The notes beneath the pieces were generated by a model. That model did no database searches and was not told where the DNA came from. It was given only the letters and a program-made list of their open reading frames with translations. The translations under genes and the position numbers were made by a program. A DNA stretch of 64,000 bases from Alphaproteobacteria bacterium (GTDB lineage Bacteria > Pseudomonadota > Alphaproteobacteria > SHNJ01). The stretch spans positions 72,802 through 136,801 of the forward strand of contig SHNJ01000031.1 in the NCBI GenBank assembly GCA_004295055.1. The letters run 5' to 3'. Positions 1 through 10,518 of this stretch are shown here, one piece after another. Within the stretch, counting starts at the first letter, position 1. Each line of letters opens with the position of its first letter.

Positions 1-1285
1 GCCGATGAAACTGGCCGCCGTGCAGGCGATTGCCGAACTCGCCCATGTGGAATCGTCCGATGTGGCCTCGCGCGCTTATGGCGATGCGGCGATGAGTTTT
101 GGCCGGGACTATATTATTCCAAAACCGTTCGATCCGCGCTTGATTTTGAAAATCGCGCCGGCGGTTGCCAAGGCCGCCATGGATTCCGGCGTGGCGACGC
201 GTCCGATCAAAGATTTCGAAGCCTATCATCAGGATCTAAGCCAATTCGTCTTCCGTTCCGGCCTGGTGATGAAACCGGTATTCGAAGCCGCGAAAGAAAA
301 TCCGCAGCGTATCGTTTATGCGGAAGGCGAGGATGAACGCGTGTTGCGCGCCATTCAAGTGGTGGTGGACGAAGGTTTGGCAAAACCAATCATCATTGGC
401 CGTCCGGACGTTATTAAGAAGCGTATTGAAAAATCCCGCTTGCGTATCAAAGCCGGCAAGGATTTTGAAATGGTCAATCCGGATTCTGATCCGCGCTTTG
501 CAGAATATTGGGGCCTGTATCACCGTTTGATGGAACGCCGCGGCATTTCTCCGGATCAAGCCAAGACCGTCGTTCGCACGCGGAACACTATTATTGCGGC
601 ATTGATGATCAAGCGTGGCGAGGCCGATGCTTTGATTTGCGGCACGTCTGGCAAATATCAGGTTCATTTGAACGATATTATGGACATTATCGGTTTGAAT
701 TATGATGTGCATGTGCCGTCCGCCCTGAATGTTTTGATTTTGACGCGCGGCATTTACTTTATGTGCGATACCTATGTTACCGATAACCCTACCGCGCATG
801 AAATTGCGGAAATGACCATTCAAGCGGCCGAAGCGGTCAGGCGTTTTGGCATTGAACCGAAAGTCGCCTTGCTGTCGCATTCCAATTTTGGCAGTTCCGA
901 GGCGCCATCGGCTCGCAAAATGCGCGAGGCATTGTCTTTGATTCACATGCGTGCGCCGTCCCTGGAAATCGAAGGCGAAATGCACGCCGATGCGGCGGTA
1001 AACGAAGAAATCCGCAACAGGATTTTCCCAAATTCCCGTTTAATGGGATCGGCGAATTTATTCGTCATGCCGACGCTGGATGCAGCCAATATTTCTTATA
1101 ATATACTGAAGGCGTTGGGTGACGGTTTGTCGATCGGCCCAATTTTGCTTGGCGTCGGTCAGCCGGCGCATGTGCTGACGCCGTCGGTTACTGTGCGCGG
1201 GATTGTCAATATGACAGCTATCGCAGCGGTCGAAGCCCACGGACAAGAAGGCACCAAGCAAAAAATTGTTCAATTAAAAAGCTAA
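1..1285 (+). CDS. maeB: NADP-dependent malic enzyme, C-terminal part (PTA-like domain); 5' truncated by window edge
   Basis: 426-aa ORF reads into the left edge. Sequence pattern is that of the malic-enzyme NAD-binding end followed by a phosphate-acetyltransferase-like domain (AYHQDL…GEDERVLRA…GTSGKYQVHL…). Confidence 0.75.
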   Translation, partial: PMKLAAVQAIAELAHVESSDVASRAYGDAAMSFGRDYIIPKPFDPRLILKIAPAVAKAAMDSGVATRPIKDFEAYHQDLSQFVFRSGLVMKPVFEAAKENPQRIVYAEGEDERVLRAIQVVVDEGLAKPIIIGRPDVIKKRIEKSRLRIKAGKDFEMVNPDSDPRFAEYWGLYHRLMERRGISPDQAKTVVRTRNTIIAALMIKRGEADALICGTSGKYQVHLNDIMDIIGLNYDVHVPSALNVLILTRGIYFMCDTYVTDNPTAHEIAEMTIQAAEAVRRFGIEPKVALLSHSNFGSSEAPSARKMREALSLIHMRAPSLEIEGEMHADAAVNEEIRNRIFPNSRLMGSANLFVMPTLDAANISYNILKALGDGLSIGPILLGVGQPAHVLTPSVTVRGIVNMTAIAAVEAHGQEGTKQKIVQLKS

Positions 1286-1309
1286 AGCCAACGGACTAAT
1301 GGCTTTATA

Positions 1310-2281
1310 TTACGGCGTTGGTTTCTTCCGCCGTCCTTCTTGCCATTCAAACAGCACTAAGAACACCGCGGCAATAGCCAATGGCCCCAGCAGATAAATT
1401 ATGCGGAACAACAGCAACGTGCCGAAAATAGTCGGCGCCGAATAATAATTGCCCAGCATCGTCAATACCACCCATTCAAAAACGCCAAGTCCGCCGGGAA
1501 CGTGCGACAGAATGCCGATAGTGGTGCCGATTACATAAATGAAAAAGAAATGCTGATATCCGATGATTTTCGAATCTGGCAACAGGACATATAAAATTGC
1601 CGATGCAACCGCGACATCGGTGACGGTTATTATTAATTGAAATATCGACAATGGCGCCGACGGCATCTTAAATTCAAAACCTTTGAATTGAATCGGATGC
1701 TTGCGATGTCCAACCCAAAATATATACCCCGTTACTATTGCCAGCGTTAGTCCGCCCAATATTTCACTCAGCAACGTTGGCATGAATTCGAACGGTTCCA
1801 AATAATAAGGGAAAAACGCCATCACGAATCCGAAAATGGCGGTTACGCCAATAGAATAGGTTAGAATGCAGAATGCGACGATTTTGGCAACATCGATAGG
1901 GCCAATGCCGCTGTGCCCATAAAGCCGCAATCGTACCGATCCGCCAGTGATCGGAGAAACGCCTAGATTCTGGCTAAAGGCAAATCCCATGAACGAAGCC
2001 ATGAAAATGCGTGGCCAAGGAACCTTTTTACGAACATAGAATAGGGCAGAAGCATCATAACCCGCTAAAACCACATAAGAGATCACGGTAAGCCCTATGG
2101 CCCACCAAACATGGGTGTGTGGGATTGCGGCGATGGCATCCAAAAAGTCCTGCCAGGAGTGCTTTTTAAGGGTTTTATGCAATAGCCAGCCCGCAGCCGA
2201 AAACAAGGCTATGGCCATTAAAGGCCAAAGCATTGAAATGACTTGTTTTGAAGGTTTTAAACGGGCAACCCAGGACATCAT
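1310..2281 (-). CDS. Polytopic membrane protein of the UPF0104 / lysyl-phosphatidylglycerol-synthase TM (flippase-like) family
   Basis: 323 aa with about 8 hydrophobic helices, a Gly-rich C-terminal helix pair and a KK-rich C-terminus, typical of the MprF N-terminal flippase-like domain. No fused synthase domain is present. Confidence 0.55.
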   Translation of the reverse strand: MMSWVARLKPSKQVISMLWPLMAIALFSAAGWLLHKTLKKHSWQDFLDAIAAIPHTHVWWAIGLTVISYVVLAGYDASALFYVRKKVPWPRIFMASFMGFAFSQNLGVSPITGGSVRLRLYGHSGIGPIDVAKIVAFCILTYSIGVTAIFGFVMAFFPYYLEPFEFMPTLLSEILGGLTLAIVTGYIFWVGHRKHPIQFKGFEFKMPSAPLSIFQLIITVTDVAVASAILYVLLPDSKIIGYQHFFFIYVIGTTIGILSHVPGGLGVFEWVVLTMLGNYYSAPTIFGTLLLFRIIYLLGPLAIAAVFLVLFEWQEGRRKKPTP

Positions 2282-2383
2282 AAAAACGGCAGTTTTTGTT
2301 AATATATTGTTAACGGTATTAGGAGCATTCTATAATCAGGGCAATAACTTAAATTATAATTATTCCCCTACCAGAGATAGTAT

Positions 2384-3556
2384 ATGGCACAAATTTATTC
2401 TACCCTAAACTTCAATCTTGGCGAAACTATCGACATGTTGCGGCAAACTGTGGCCGATTTCGCTGCCGATAAAATTGCACCGATTGCCGCCGAAACCGAT
2501 CACAGCAATGTTTTTCCCCGTCATCTATGGCCCGAATTTGGCGCGATGGGATTGCTTGGCATCACTGTGCCTGAACAATATGGCGGCGCTGGCATGGGAT
2601 ATCTGGCGCATGTGATTGCGATGGAAGAAATAAGCCGCGCTTCGGCGTCCATTGGTTTGTCTTATGGCGCGCATTCGAATTTATGCGTCAATCAAATCAA
2701 TTTAAACGGCAACGATGCGCAAAAGAAAAAATATTTGCCGAAATTAATTTCCGGCGAACATGTCGGCGCGCTCGCCATGTCCGAAGCCGGCAGCGGATCG
2801 GATGTTGTATCCATGCGCACGCGCGCGGATAAACGCGGCGACCGTTATGTTTTGAACGGCACCAAAATGTGGATCACCAACGGGCCGGATGCTGAAACAT
2901 TGGTTGTGTATGCTAAAACCGATCCCGATGCGGGATCAAAAGGAATTACCGCATTCCTGATTGAAAAAGGCATGAAAGGTTTTAGAACGGCGCAGAAACT
3001 GGATAAGCTTGGCATGCGCGGATCGAATACTTGCGAGCTGATTTTTGAAGATTGCGAAGTGCCGGCTGAAAATATTTTAGGCAAGCCGGGCGATGGCGTG
3101 CGCGTATTGATGAGCGGTCTGGATTATGAACGCGTGGTTCTGGCTGGCGGTCCGCTAGGCATTATGCGCGCTTGCATGGATGCGGTGATGCCTTACGTTA
3201 CCGAACGCCAGCAATTCGGCAAAAAAATCGGCGAGTTTCAATTGATGCAAGGCAAAATCGCCGACATGTATACCACCATGAATGCTTGCTGTTCTTATGT
3301 CTATACGGTTGCTTCCGCTTGCGATCGCAAGGAAACCACCCGCAAAGACGCGGCCGGTGTTATACTGTATGCAGCGGAAAAAGCGACCTGGATGGCGGGC
3401 GAGGCGATTCAATCGCTGGGCGGCAATGGATATATCAATGAATATCCCGTTGGCCGTTTGTGGCGGGATGCGAAGTTGTATGAAATCGGGGCGGGAACAT
3501 CGGAAATTCGCCGCATGCTTATTGGACGGGAGATGTTTCAAGAAGCGGCGGCCTAG
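2384..3556 (+). CDS. ivd: Isovaleryl-CoA dehydrogenase (acyl-CoA dehydrogenase family)
   Basis: 390 aa with ACAD motifs ([33 protein letters not shown]; C-terminal [12 protein letters not shown]). Leucine-catabolism gene context. Confidence 0.85.
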   Translation: MAQIYSTLNFNLGETIDMLRQTVADFAADKIAPIAAETDHSNVFPRHLWPEFGAMGLLGITVPEQYGGAGMGYLAHVIAMEEISRASASIGLSYGAHSNLCVNQINLNGNDAQKKKYLPKLISGEHVGALAMSEAGSGSDVVSMRTRADKRGDRYVLNGTKMWITNGPDAETLVVYAKTDPDAGSKGITAFLIEKGMKGFRTAQKLDKLGMRGSNTCELIFEDCEVPAENILGKPGDGVRVLMSGLDYERVVLAGGPLGIMRACMDAVMPYVTERQQFGKKIGEFQLMQGKIADMYTTMNACCSYVYTVASACDRKETTRKDAAGVILYAAEKATWMAGEAIQSLGGNGYINEYPVGRLWRDAKLYEIGAGTSEIRRMLIGREMFQEAAA

Positions 3557-3564
3557 GAGGGTAT

Positions 3565-4119
3565 ATGAAAAAAGTAATATTGTGTTTAGCAATAGGAATA
3601 ATGACGGCATCCACCGCAAATGCGGAAAATGCGCGTCCGGTATGGAATACCGATTATTCCAATAATCAACCGCAAAGTTCGGATAAAGTGTACGTTGCCC
3701 CCGCGCCGATGGCGCCGGCGCCAACGCCTTATACGGTTCAGCATATTCCGCCAAACCAAGTTCGCAATTTTGCTCCGCGAGTTCAAGGCAGCGCCGATGC
3801 GGCCTGGGCAAGGCAATGGGGACCGATTCAGGAAATGACCGGCATCAATAGCGGTCAGGCCAAGCAATTCATTACTGGCGTCAAACAAGGATATGTCGAA
3901 GGCACCGCCAAAACCCTTAGCAGCGCGCAAGACTGGGCCTTGATCCTCGGTCAAAGCGGCCTGGTTGGAACGGTTACCGATTCTACGACTGACTGGTTTC
4001 ATTATGTTACATCGGATTTGCCAGGCGCTATTTATAAATATGATAATGGGGTAAACAACAATCTGATGGGCGGTTTATCCGGATTCGGCAATTATCCTGG
4101 CATGAAGATAGGGGAATAG
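3565..4119 (+). CDS. Secreted hypothetical protein with signal peptide
   Basis: Strong RBS (AGGAGGG) 7 nt upstream. N-terminal MKKVILCLAIGIMTASTANA signal peptide with A-x-A site. No recognisable domain. Confidence 0.6.
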   Translation: MKKVILCLAIGIMTASTANAENARPVWNTDYSNNQPQSSDKVYVAPAPMAPAPTPYTVQHIPPNQVRNFAPRVQGSADAAWARQWGPIQEMTGINSGQAKQFITGVKQGYVEGTAKTLSSAQDWALILGQSGLVGTVTDSTTDWFHYVTSDLPGAIYKYDNGVNNNLMGGLSGFGNYPGMKIGE

Positions 4120-4170
4120 CGTACACTTACCCTCGAGCTGTTTCGACCTATATTATATCTCGAGGTTTCC

Positions 4171-5352
4171 ATGTCAAAAAATATCTATATCGCCGGTGCG
4201 GCGCGTACCCCGATGGGTGGATTTCAAGGTGAATTATCATCGCTGACGGCACCGCAACTGGGCAGTTATGCTATCAAGGCGGCATTGGAACGTTCGGGCA
4301 TAAAATCAGATTCCATCAATGAAGTTCTTATGGGTTGCGTCTTGCCGGCAGGTTTAGGCCAGGCCCCCGCACGGCAAGCATCCATAGGTGCTGGGATTCC
4401 AATCGGTGTTGGATGCACGACAGTGAACAAAGTCTGTGGTTCGGGATTGAAATCGGTGATGCTGGGTTATGATTCGATTTTGGCGGGACATAACGAAGCG
4501 GTGATCGCAGGCGGCATGGAAAGCATGAGTAACGCGCCATATTTGTTGGAAAAAGCGCGCGGTGGATATCGCCTTGGCCATGGAAAAATTGCCGACAGCA
4601 TGTTTTTGGATGGGCTTGAAGATGCCTATGACCGCGGCCGTTTGATGGGCACATTCGCCGAGGATACGGCGCAGCATTATCAATTTACCCGCGCTCAACA
4701 GGATGAATTCGCGCTGCGATCATTAGACCGCGCGCGCAAAGCAGGTATGGACGGCAGTTTTTCCCGTGAGATTGTTTCGATTGTCATGGACAATAAGAAA
4801 GAAAAAATAACCATCAGTTCAGACGAACAGCCACGTAACGCTAAACCGGAAAAAATTCCGACATTGAAACCGGCTTTCCGCGATGGCGGCACGGTAACGG
4901 CGGCCAATTCCAGTTCCATTTCCGATGGGGCTGCCGCGGTAATTGTTTGCAGCGAAGCGCAAATGCAAAAGTCCGGAGCAAAGCCATTGGCGCGGATTGT
5001 CGCCCATGCGACGCATGCGCAAGAACCAGCCTGGTTTACAACCGCGCCGGTATTTGCCATTAAAAAAGTCGCCGAAAAAGCCGGGTGGAATTTAAAAGAC
5101 GTGGATTTGTTTGAAATTAACGAGGCGTTTGCCGTCGTTACCATGGCCGCGCAACATGAATTGAATTTACCTAATGAAAAGGTCAATATTCGTGGCGGCG
5201 CTTGCGCAATGGGCCATCCGATCGGCGCTTCCGGCGCGCGCGTGTTGGTGACACTAATTCATGCGTTGCAAGATATGAAATTGAAACGTGGTATTGCCAG
5301 CCTGTGCATTGGCGGCGGTGAAGCCGTCGCGATGGCCATAGAAACTATTTAG
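4171..5352 (+). CDS. atoB: Acetyl-CoA C-acetyltransferase (thiolase II)
   Basis: 393 aa with thiolase motifs (VNKVCGSGLKSV active-site Cys; C-terminal NIRGGACAMGHPIGASGARVL…CIGGGEAVAMAIE). Confidence 0.85.
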   Translation: MSKNIYIAGAARTPMGGFQGELSSLTAPQLGSYAIKAALERSGIKSDSINEVLMGCVLPAGLGQAPARQASIGAGIPIGVGCTTVNKVCGSGLKSVMLGYDSILAGHNEAVIAGGMESMSNAPYLLEKARGGYRLGHGKIADSMFLDGLEDAYDRGRLMGTFAEDTAQHYQFTRAQQDEFALRSLDRARKAGMDGSFSREIVSIVMDNKKEKITISSDEQPRNAKPEKIPTLKPAFRDGGTVTAANSSSISDGAAAVIVCSEAQMQKSGAKPLARIVAHATHAQEPAWFTTAPVFAIKKVAEKAGWNLKDVDLFEINEAFAVVTMAAQHELNLPNEKVNIRGGACAMGHPIGASGARVLVTLIHALQDMKLKRGIASLCIGGGEAVAMAIETI

Positions 5353-7148
5353 TCTGCCGGGTGTCCTATTTCAGACGCATTTTCAGTGCAATCTGTCTGT
5401 GGTCCGTTTTTCTGCGCAGTTTCGCATACAATTGTACCATCTGCTGGTGCTGATACTACGTCTTGTCCAGCCGGCAATCCAACAGGAGTGTATGTAGTTG
5501 GTCCTGGATCAACAGAAACTATAGTTTTTGCCGCTGGATCCCAATTGTAAGCCCAATTGGCATGATAATTGGCTAGACCGTGCACGCCAGTGTGTAATAA
5601 TTCAGGATATGTCTGGCTGCAATCTGCAGAATTATTAAGCAAAGTTACAGCCGCATCCGTTTTGCAGTTGGCTGAACTGCGTTCCGGATAAGTGTAAGTA
5701 CGGTCCCGCGCTTGCTGCGAGTTCGATGATAAATAGCAGTAAAATTGATTGGTATTTGGGGAATAGCCTACCACTTGGTGGGCTAACGGTCCGTCACCGT
5801 TGGCCAGAGAGCATGACTCTTCCCATCTGCCATAGGTAGTATCGTTCGCATTCACGCCTTCACAGACGAAAGTGTTGCTGGTCGCGGTTGTTGCGTCCCA
5901 AACAATCTTTTTACCTTCAGGGCATGGCGTTGGGCCGTTTGATGGATTTGGCGGTCTGGAATTTAACAATGTCCACCCACCGGCGCAAATTAGACTGCCA
6001 TCCCGCAATATGATCACGCCTTTACTGCGCGTACCGGGAAAATATGGATGATTATCATAATAACGTTGTGGGCATTCAAAATTGGCTAAACGAGTCATAA
6101 TATCATTCGGTAAAGCCGGATTTGGCCAGGTGCCGTCGGCCGCTACCGGAGAGACCGCATCGTAATATTCATCTACCGCGTACATCGATACGATTTGCCG
6201 GTTTACGTTGTCATAGGTCTCTGTGTTGACTTTTGCTTCGCGAATTTCGATGTCGGCACAGCTCATCCCGTTATTGATAGTTCCATCATTATTGGTGCCG
6301 CGCGAATTCAGGGCGGTTCCAACGGTACAATTTTGAGTTTCATTGCTGCCTGGCGCGGCGGCCAATCCCAGAACATTTCTTTCGCAACGGAACCGGGCTG
6401 GCAAAGTTTCCGCGGTATTGCCATCGCCGTCCTCATCGTTGACATCCACAGCTTGAGGTTTGAATATCATTTCTTCGCCGGCAGGACAGGCGCTTTCGCT
6501 AAGCGTGGTATTTTCCGTTTGCGAACTGCGGATCCATTTCAATGCCTGTGCCGGCGTTACATTGATGTATTTGCTGTTATCGCTTGTTACGCCAGCAGCG
6601 GCAGCGCTGCAAGTCATCATATGATCAGGATATTTGTTTAGAATAAGGGTAAATAATATCGGCGGATTGGCGGGTGCTGGAATATACCCATTTGTGCTGC
6701 TATAGCCGGCTTCTACCGGATAATATGGACAATAACGCATATATCTACGCAAGCTATCTGGCCGCAGTGGGGCCATTTGACGCAAGTTTCTCGGCAATTT
6801 ACCGCCATAAGCATAGGTAGGATTATTGCCTTCCAAAAGAGGAGTGGTAATAGTCGCATCGGAAGTAGTATCGCTGTTATCAGGAAATACGGCTGCAATT
6901 GGATGCACTCTCCCGGTGCTGCGGATATTGTCGCTGGAGGCCCGCGCAATGCTAGAAGCCAATACATTCAACAATGTGTCGTCGGTTATTTTCTCAGCAG
7001 ATTGGCGATTATCTTTTAATGCATTAATGTTCGGCGTAAAGATAGCAGCATTGGCCAGCATGATTAGAACGATAAAAAGCAATAAATGCGATACCATCCC
7101 GCGCTGGCGATTTTGAATGTTATGATATGGTTTCATTCTAAATCTCAT
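5349..7148 (-). CDS. Large cysteine-rich secreted or membrane-anchored protein with prepilin-like leader (no Glu+5)
   Basis: 599 aa. N-terminus is a basic leader ending in QRG|M followed by about 20 hydrophobic residues. About 25 Cys and many N-x-T/S. Third gene of a tightly packed three-gene minus-strand array. Confidence 0.55.
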   Translation of the reverse strand: MRFRMKPYHNIQNRQRGMVSHLLLFIVLIMLANAAIFTPNINALKDNRQSAEKITDDTLLNVLASSIARASSDNIRSTGRVHPIAAVFPDNSDTTSDATITTPLLEGNNPTYAYGGKLPRNLRQMAPLRPDSLRRYMRYCPYYPVEAGYSSTNGYIPAPANPPILFTLILNKYPDHMMTCSAAAAGVTSDNSKYINVTPAQALKWIRSSQTENTTLSESACPAGEEMIFKPQAVDVNDEDGDGNTAETLPARFRCERNVLGLAAAPGSNETQNCTVGTALNSRGTNNDGTINNGMSCADIEIREAKVNTETYDNVNRQIVSMYAVDEYYDAVSPVAADGTWPNPALPNDIMTRLANFECPQRYYDNHPYFPGTRSKGVIILRDGSLICAGGWTLLNSRPPNPSNGPTPCPEGKKIVWDATTATSNTFVCEGVNANDTTYGRWEESCSLANGDGPLAHQVVGYSPNTNQFYCYLSSNSQQARDRTYTYPERSSANCKTDAAVTLLNNSADCSQTYPELLHTGVHGLANYHANWAYNWDPAAKTIVSVDPGPTTYTPVGLPAGQDVVSAPADGTIVCETAQKNGPQTDCTENASEIGHPAD

Positions 7149-7152
7149 TCAT

Positions 7153-8694
7153 TTAATCCACTGCTGTGCATGTAAACCGCGGATTCGGATTTGCATCTTT
7201 TATGAAAGTTAACGAACCTCTTTTGCCGTTAATCGGCGGACATGTATTCGCCGGCATGGCAAAACGAAGCGCTTCAAATATATTGATGCATTGTACCAAT
7301 CTGCGATCGTCCACCCGGGCTTGCATGACATTGTTCACGGGGCATCCGTCACTTGTGCTGTAATGCACGGCGGCATCTTCTGCAAACCCGCCGGCCAGCA
7401 CTGGGTCGTTTAAAATGTAACAGCCAAATCCGCCCATGCTGGAAACAAAGCCGACGTCGAATCCCGCTTTGCATACTCTTAATCCGCCAGCTTGCGCATC
7501 TTCCGGACAGAATGTGCGGCCACTGGCGTAGTATGGCGTAATTCCACCGTTGCAAGCTGTGCGCGCTCCGGGGCCGCCATTTCTTGCCAGGTTGGTATTA
7601 TTGAATGGATAACAAGAAGTATAGCGCGATAGCGCCACTGCGAGCCAATTTCCAGCAGAGCAGGTGCTTAGAACCACATTTTCCGGTATGCCGTTGCATA
7701 TCCTTTGTGTTCCCGTCCAGCGGAATGTTTCGATATGATTGGTGCAAGGAGCGGCAGCGGCCATATCGCCGTCAATTAAAGAGGCAATAGCGCCATTTTC
7801 GTCGAAAATCAATCCAAAGTCGGAACGGGCGCGTGGCGCCACGGTAGAAACGCAGGCCAGTTCTTGATACTCATGTTCTGCATCGCCCTCATGCACCAAT
7901 CGCAATGTCAAGGCGGTGCCTTGTGGGCAAGTAGGTATATTTTCCGCGGCGCTGTCGGATTTCAGGAAAAATGCTGGAATAGTGCTTTCCACGCATTCCC
8001 AATTTTTCTGATCGATATTCCATTGTAAATTTGTAAGTTTACGATCTCTGCCCGTTCCTGTAATTCCGCATGTTGGAATGTTCCCGGCGTTTTCGATAAG
8101 ATTTTTGTAAGCATCCCTGTTAACGTCTCTAACGGTTTTAAAAATACCGATATCGTCGCCTCGGGTAATGCCTTGCATAACATCGTTCTTATTGGTGTCT
8201 ATTTGTCCGTCCGCACCGGGAAGAATCATGGCAAAAGACATTTCGTCCGGATTTGGAATGCCGCCTGCGCCAGACAAGTAATAACCGGCCGGAGCATTAT
8301 CCGTGCTTCGCGGCATATGGATGAAAGCGAAATAAGCAACTTCGCCGAATTTGGTGTTGGCGGAGAATCCAGTCGGCAGTTTGCCACCCCACTCTGGATT
8401 TGGCACATCTCCGTCCTGCATCGATCTGCCGCCGGCAGTCGCCGACATCGCCGGCGCCACTTTCATGACGCCTTGTTGATCCAGATTTGATTCCGCAATA
8501 ATACTGGCCAGTTGTTGTAACTTGTTCCGGGCTTGCACGTTTCTTTGCTGATCGATTAGCTTGTCAAAAATGCCGACATAGCTTCCCGCTAATGTAATGG
8601 CGGCCGCGCTGGCCAGCATGCCGAACAGGACCGGCGCGGCTAAGAAGCCTCTCTGGCTGTTTTTTCTGCGAAATATGGTAAACAGTTTCATCAT
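7153..8694 (-). CDS. Large cysteine-rich secreted or membrane-anchored protein with prepilin-like leader; paralog-like of its two neighbours
   Basis: 513 aa. Leader MMKLFTIFRRKNSQRG|FLAAPVLFGMLASAAAITLAG. Cys/Gly/Asn-rich. 4-nt gap to the downstream gene. Confidence 0.55.
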   Translation of the reverse strand: MMKLFTIFRRKNSQRGFLAAPVLFGMLASAAAITLAGSYVGIFDKLIDQQRNVQARNKLQQLASIIAESNLDQQGVMKVAPAMSATAGGRSMQDGDVPNPEWGGKLPTGFSANTKFGEVAYFAFIHMPRSTDNAPAGYYLSGAGGIPNPDEMSFAMILPGADGQIDTNKNDVMQGITRGDDIGIFKTVRDVNRDAYKNLIENAGNIPTCGITGTGRDRKLTNLQWNIDQKNWECVESTIPAFFLKSDSAAENIPTCPQGTALTLRLVHEGDAEHEYQELACVSTVAPRARSDFGLIFDENGAIASLIDGDMAAAAPCTNHIETFRWTGTQRICNGIPENVVLSTCSAGNWLAVALSRYTSCYPFNNTNLARNGGPGARTACNGGITPYYASGRTFCPEDAQAGGLRVCKAGFDVGFVSSMGGFGCYILNDPVLAGGFAEDAAVHYSTSDGCPVNNVMQARVDDRRLVQCINIFEALRFAMPANTCPPINGKRGSLTFIKDANPNPRFTCTAVD

Positions 8695-8705
8695 GTTCTT
8701 TTCAT

Positions 8706-10238
8706 TTACCTATATATACATTTAAATTTCTTGTTGGTTTCATCCCAACTGACCATTTGGTGTCCGTTGCAAGAACTGCTGGGCGTAACTCTTGTCAATA
8801 ATTCAAACCTATCCAGGCATACATAATTGGTGCCGTCGTGCATGATAAAATCACCCGCTCTGCAAGATGTACGGGTATCGCTATATGGAATGATCCAATT
8901 GCGCGGTTCTTGAGTGTTATTGCTTTCCAAACATTGCGTATTGTTAGTAACCGTCTGGAATTCCAATATTTGATTTGGCTGGCAGGTTTGCTTGACCTCG
9001 AAACTTAAGTTCCCGGCAAAACAGAATAATTTTCCGCGATCGAATACGATGTATGGCCGTCCGGAACAATTGCTGCCGCTTAATAAGCTGCTTGGCATGC
9101 CGAGGCAACGCAAGGTGCCATCGCGGCTTTGGTACAAGGCTTTGAATTGTCCGCCGGATGCTTGGAAATCGCAGCTGCTTGCCAACAGCGGAATGGATAA
9201 GCTTACGCTTGGCGGACCAATTTCATCGCCATACGAAGAAAGACGATCACACCGGAAACTGTAATTGTCGTTGGCCACGCTCGATAACGCGCCAATGGCG
9301 TACCCGCGATAACAGATGCCGGCGGCCAAACGGCCCATATTGATATTCTCCGGCACTTGATTGGCCAATTGATCGACAACCCGGCAACCTAAAGTGCCAT
9401 CGGCATTCAAAGCCAGGCGTTGTGAATCCAAACAGCGGCGTAAACCATGCGAAGAATAATCCTGATTCACAAAATTCATGTAATTGTCGCGGCAGTTCCA
9501 GCTATGCTCTCCGGTGGCATTGCCATCGCCATCCTGCACATTGGTGTATTCCAAAGTTTGCAAGGCCGTACAGGTCGGAACGCCGTTATGCAACAAAGCG
9601 CGGCGATTGGCATTGGCGTGTTCCAACACTTCGCCGTATTTGATAAGTCTAATTTGGTCGTCGCTGCCGTTCACGGGGGTTTCATTCAAAGCATAATTGC
9701 AGGTATACTCAGGCGTACCGTTTTGTCCGTAACTGATAATTGCAAATACAGATTGTTTCATAAGCAGCGTTGTATTAGCTTGAACCTCGCGCCGTCCATT
9801 AGCAACATATGGTGGTACTATATCTTGAAGATTGATAGAACAAATTCGGAAGTCTCTACCGTAAGCATCCTTTCCGATGGTATCTCGCAAATCTACTTCT
9901 TGATTGTTAATAGTTGTCAATAGAGGTTCTATAAAACCCATAGCAGATTGTTCCCACTGCTGCGTATCACCTTCTGGATTAGGTTGAGTTTTGGTGTAAT
10001 ACATGCGCGGCAATTCAAGATAACGATCCCCATCAATATTGCTAATCTTGTTAGCAAGAATATATTCCGCTAATCGGTCTATGTTCTTTTTGGTATTTAA
10101 ATCGCTTTGTGTGGTGCCTACTTTCTGCGCAAGGCCAGCGGTCAGCGTGATCAGCGTGCCCAGCATCGCGACCGACGCGACAAGAGTGGCGATATATGCC
10201 CCGCCAATAAAGCCAGATTGTGATTTAAAAATTTGCAC
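8706..10238 (-). CDS. Large cysteine-rich secreted or membrane-anchored protein with prepilin-like leader; first gene of the array
   Basis: 510 aa. Leader MQIFKSQSG|FIGGAYIATLVASVAMLGTLITL. AT-rich promoter-like region upstream (10239-10518). Confidence 0.55.
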   Translation of the reverse strand: MQIFKSQSGFIGGAYIATLVASVAMLGTLITLTAGLAQKVGTTQSDLNTKKNIDRLAEYILANKISNIDGDRYLELPRMYYTKTQPNPEGDTQQWEQSAMGFIEPLLTTINNQEVDLRDTIGKDAYGRDFRICSINLQDIVPPYVANGRREVQANTTLLMKQSVFAIISYGQNGTPEYTCNYALNETPVNGSDDQIRLIKYGEVLEHANANRRALLHNGVPTCTALQTLEYTNVQDGDGNATGEHSWNCRDNYMNFVNQDYSSHGLRRCLDSQRLALNADGTLGCRVVDQLANQVPENINMGRLAAGICYRGYAIGALSSVANDNYSFRCDRLSSYGDEIGPPSVSLSIPLLASSCDFQASGGQFKALYQSRDGTLRCLGMPSSLLSGSNCSGRPYIVFDRGKLFCFAGNLSFEVKQTCQPNQILEFQTVTNNTQCLESNNTQEPRNWIIPYSDTRTSCRAGDFIMHDGTNYVCLDRFELLTRVTPSSSCNGHQMVSWDETNKKFKCIYR

Positions 10239-10518
10239 CGTTTACAACCCTCGCTCATCCCAAAAAATTAAAGTGGGTTGAACAAAACCTTTTTCCCCAT
10301 CCTCTTATTGTTACTCAGTATGGTTAAGCGGCAGTAAACATCGGATAAAAATATTAGTAATTAAATTACAATATATTGATTTAATGTTATTATTTATTGT
10401 AATTGTAGTACTAAGGTATGAAAAAGCATATCTTGTCTGTTTTTTGGCCAAAAGCGGACTTGTGTTTAAAAGCCGTTTTGGCTAAACATATATCTATAGA
10501 ATTCTAAGGGAGAGAGAA

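Noticed and set aside
5349-10238. Calling the three large proteins canonical type IV pilins or pseudopilins
   Set aside because: The leader and hydrophobic-segment architecture fits, but Glu+5 is absent in all three and they are far larger than major pilins. They are reported only as prepilin-like, pending prediction tools.
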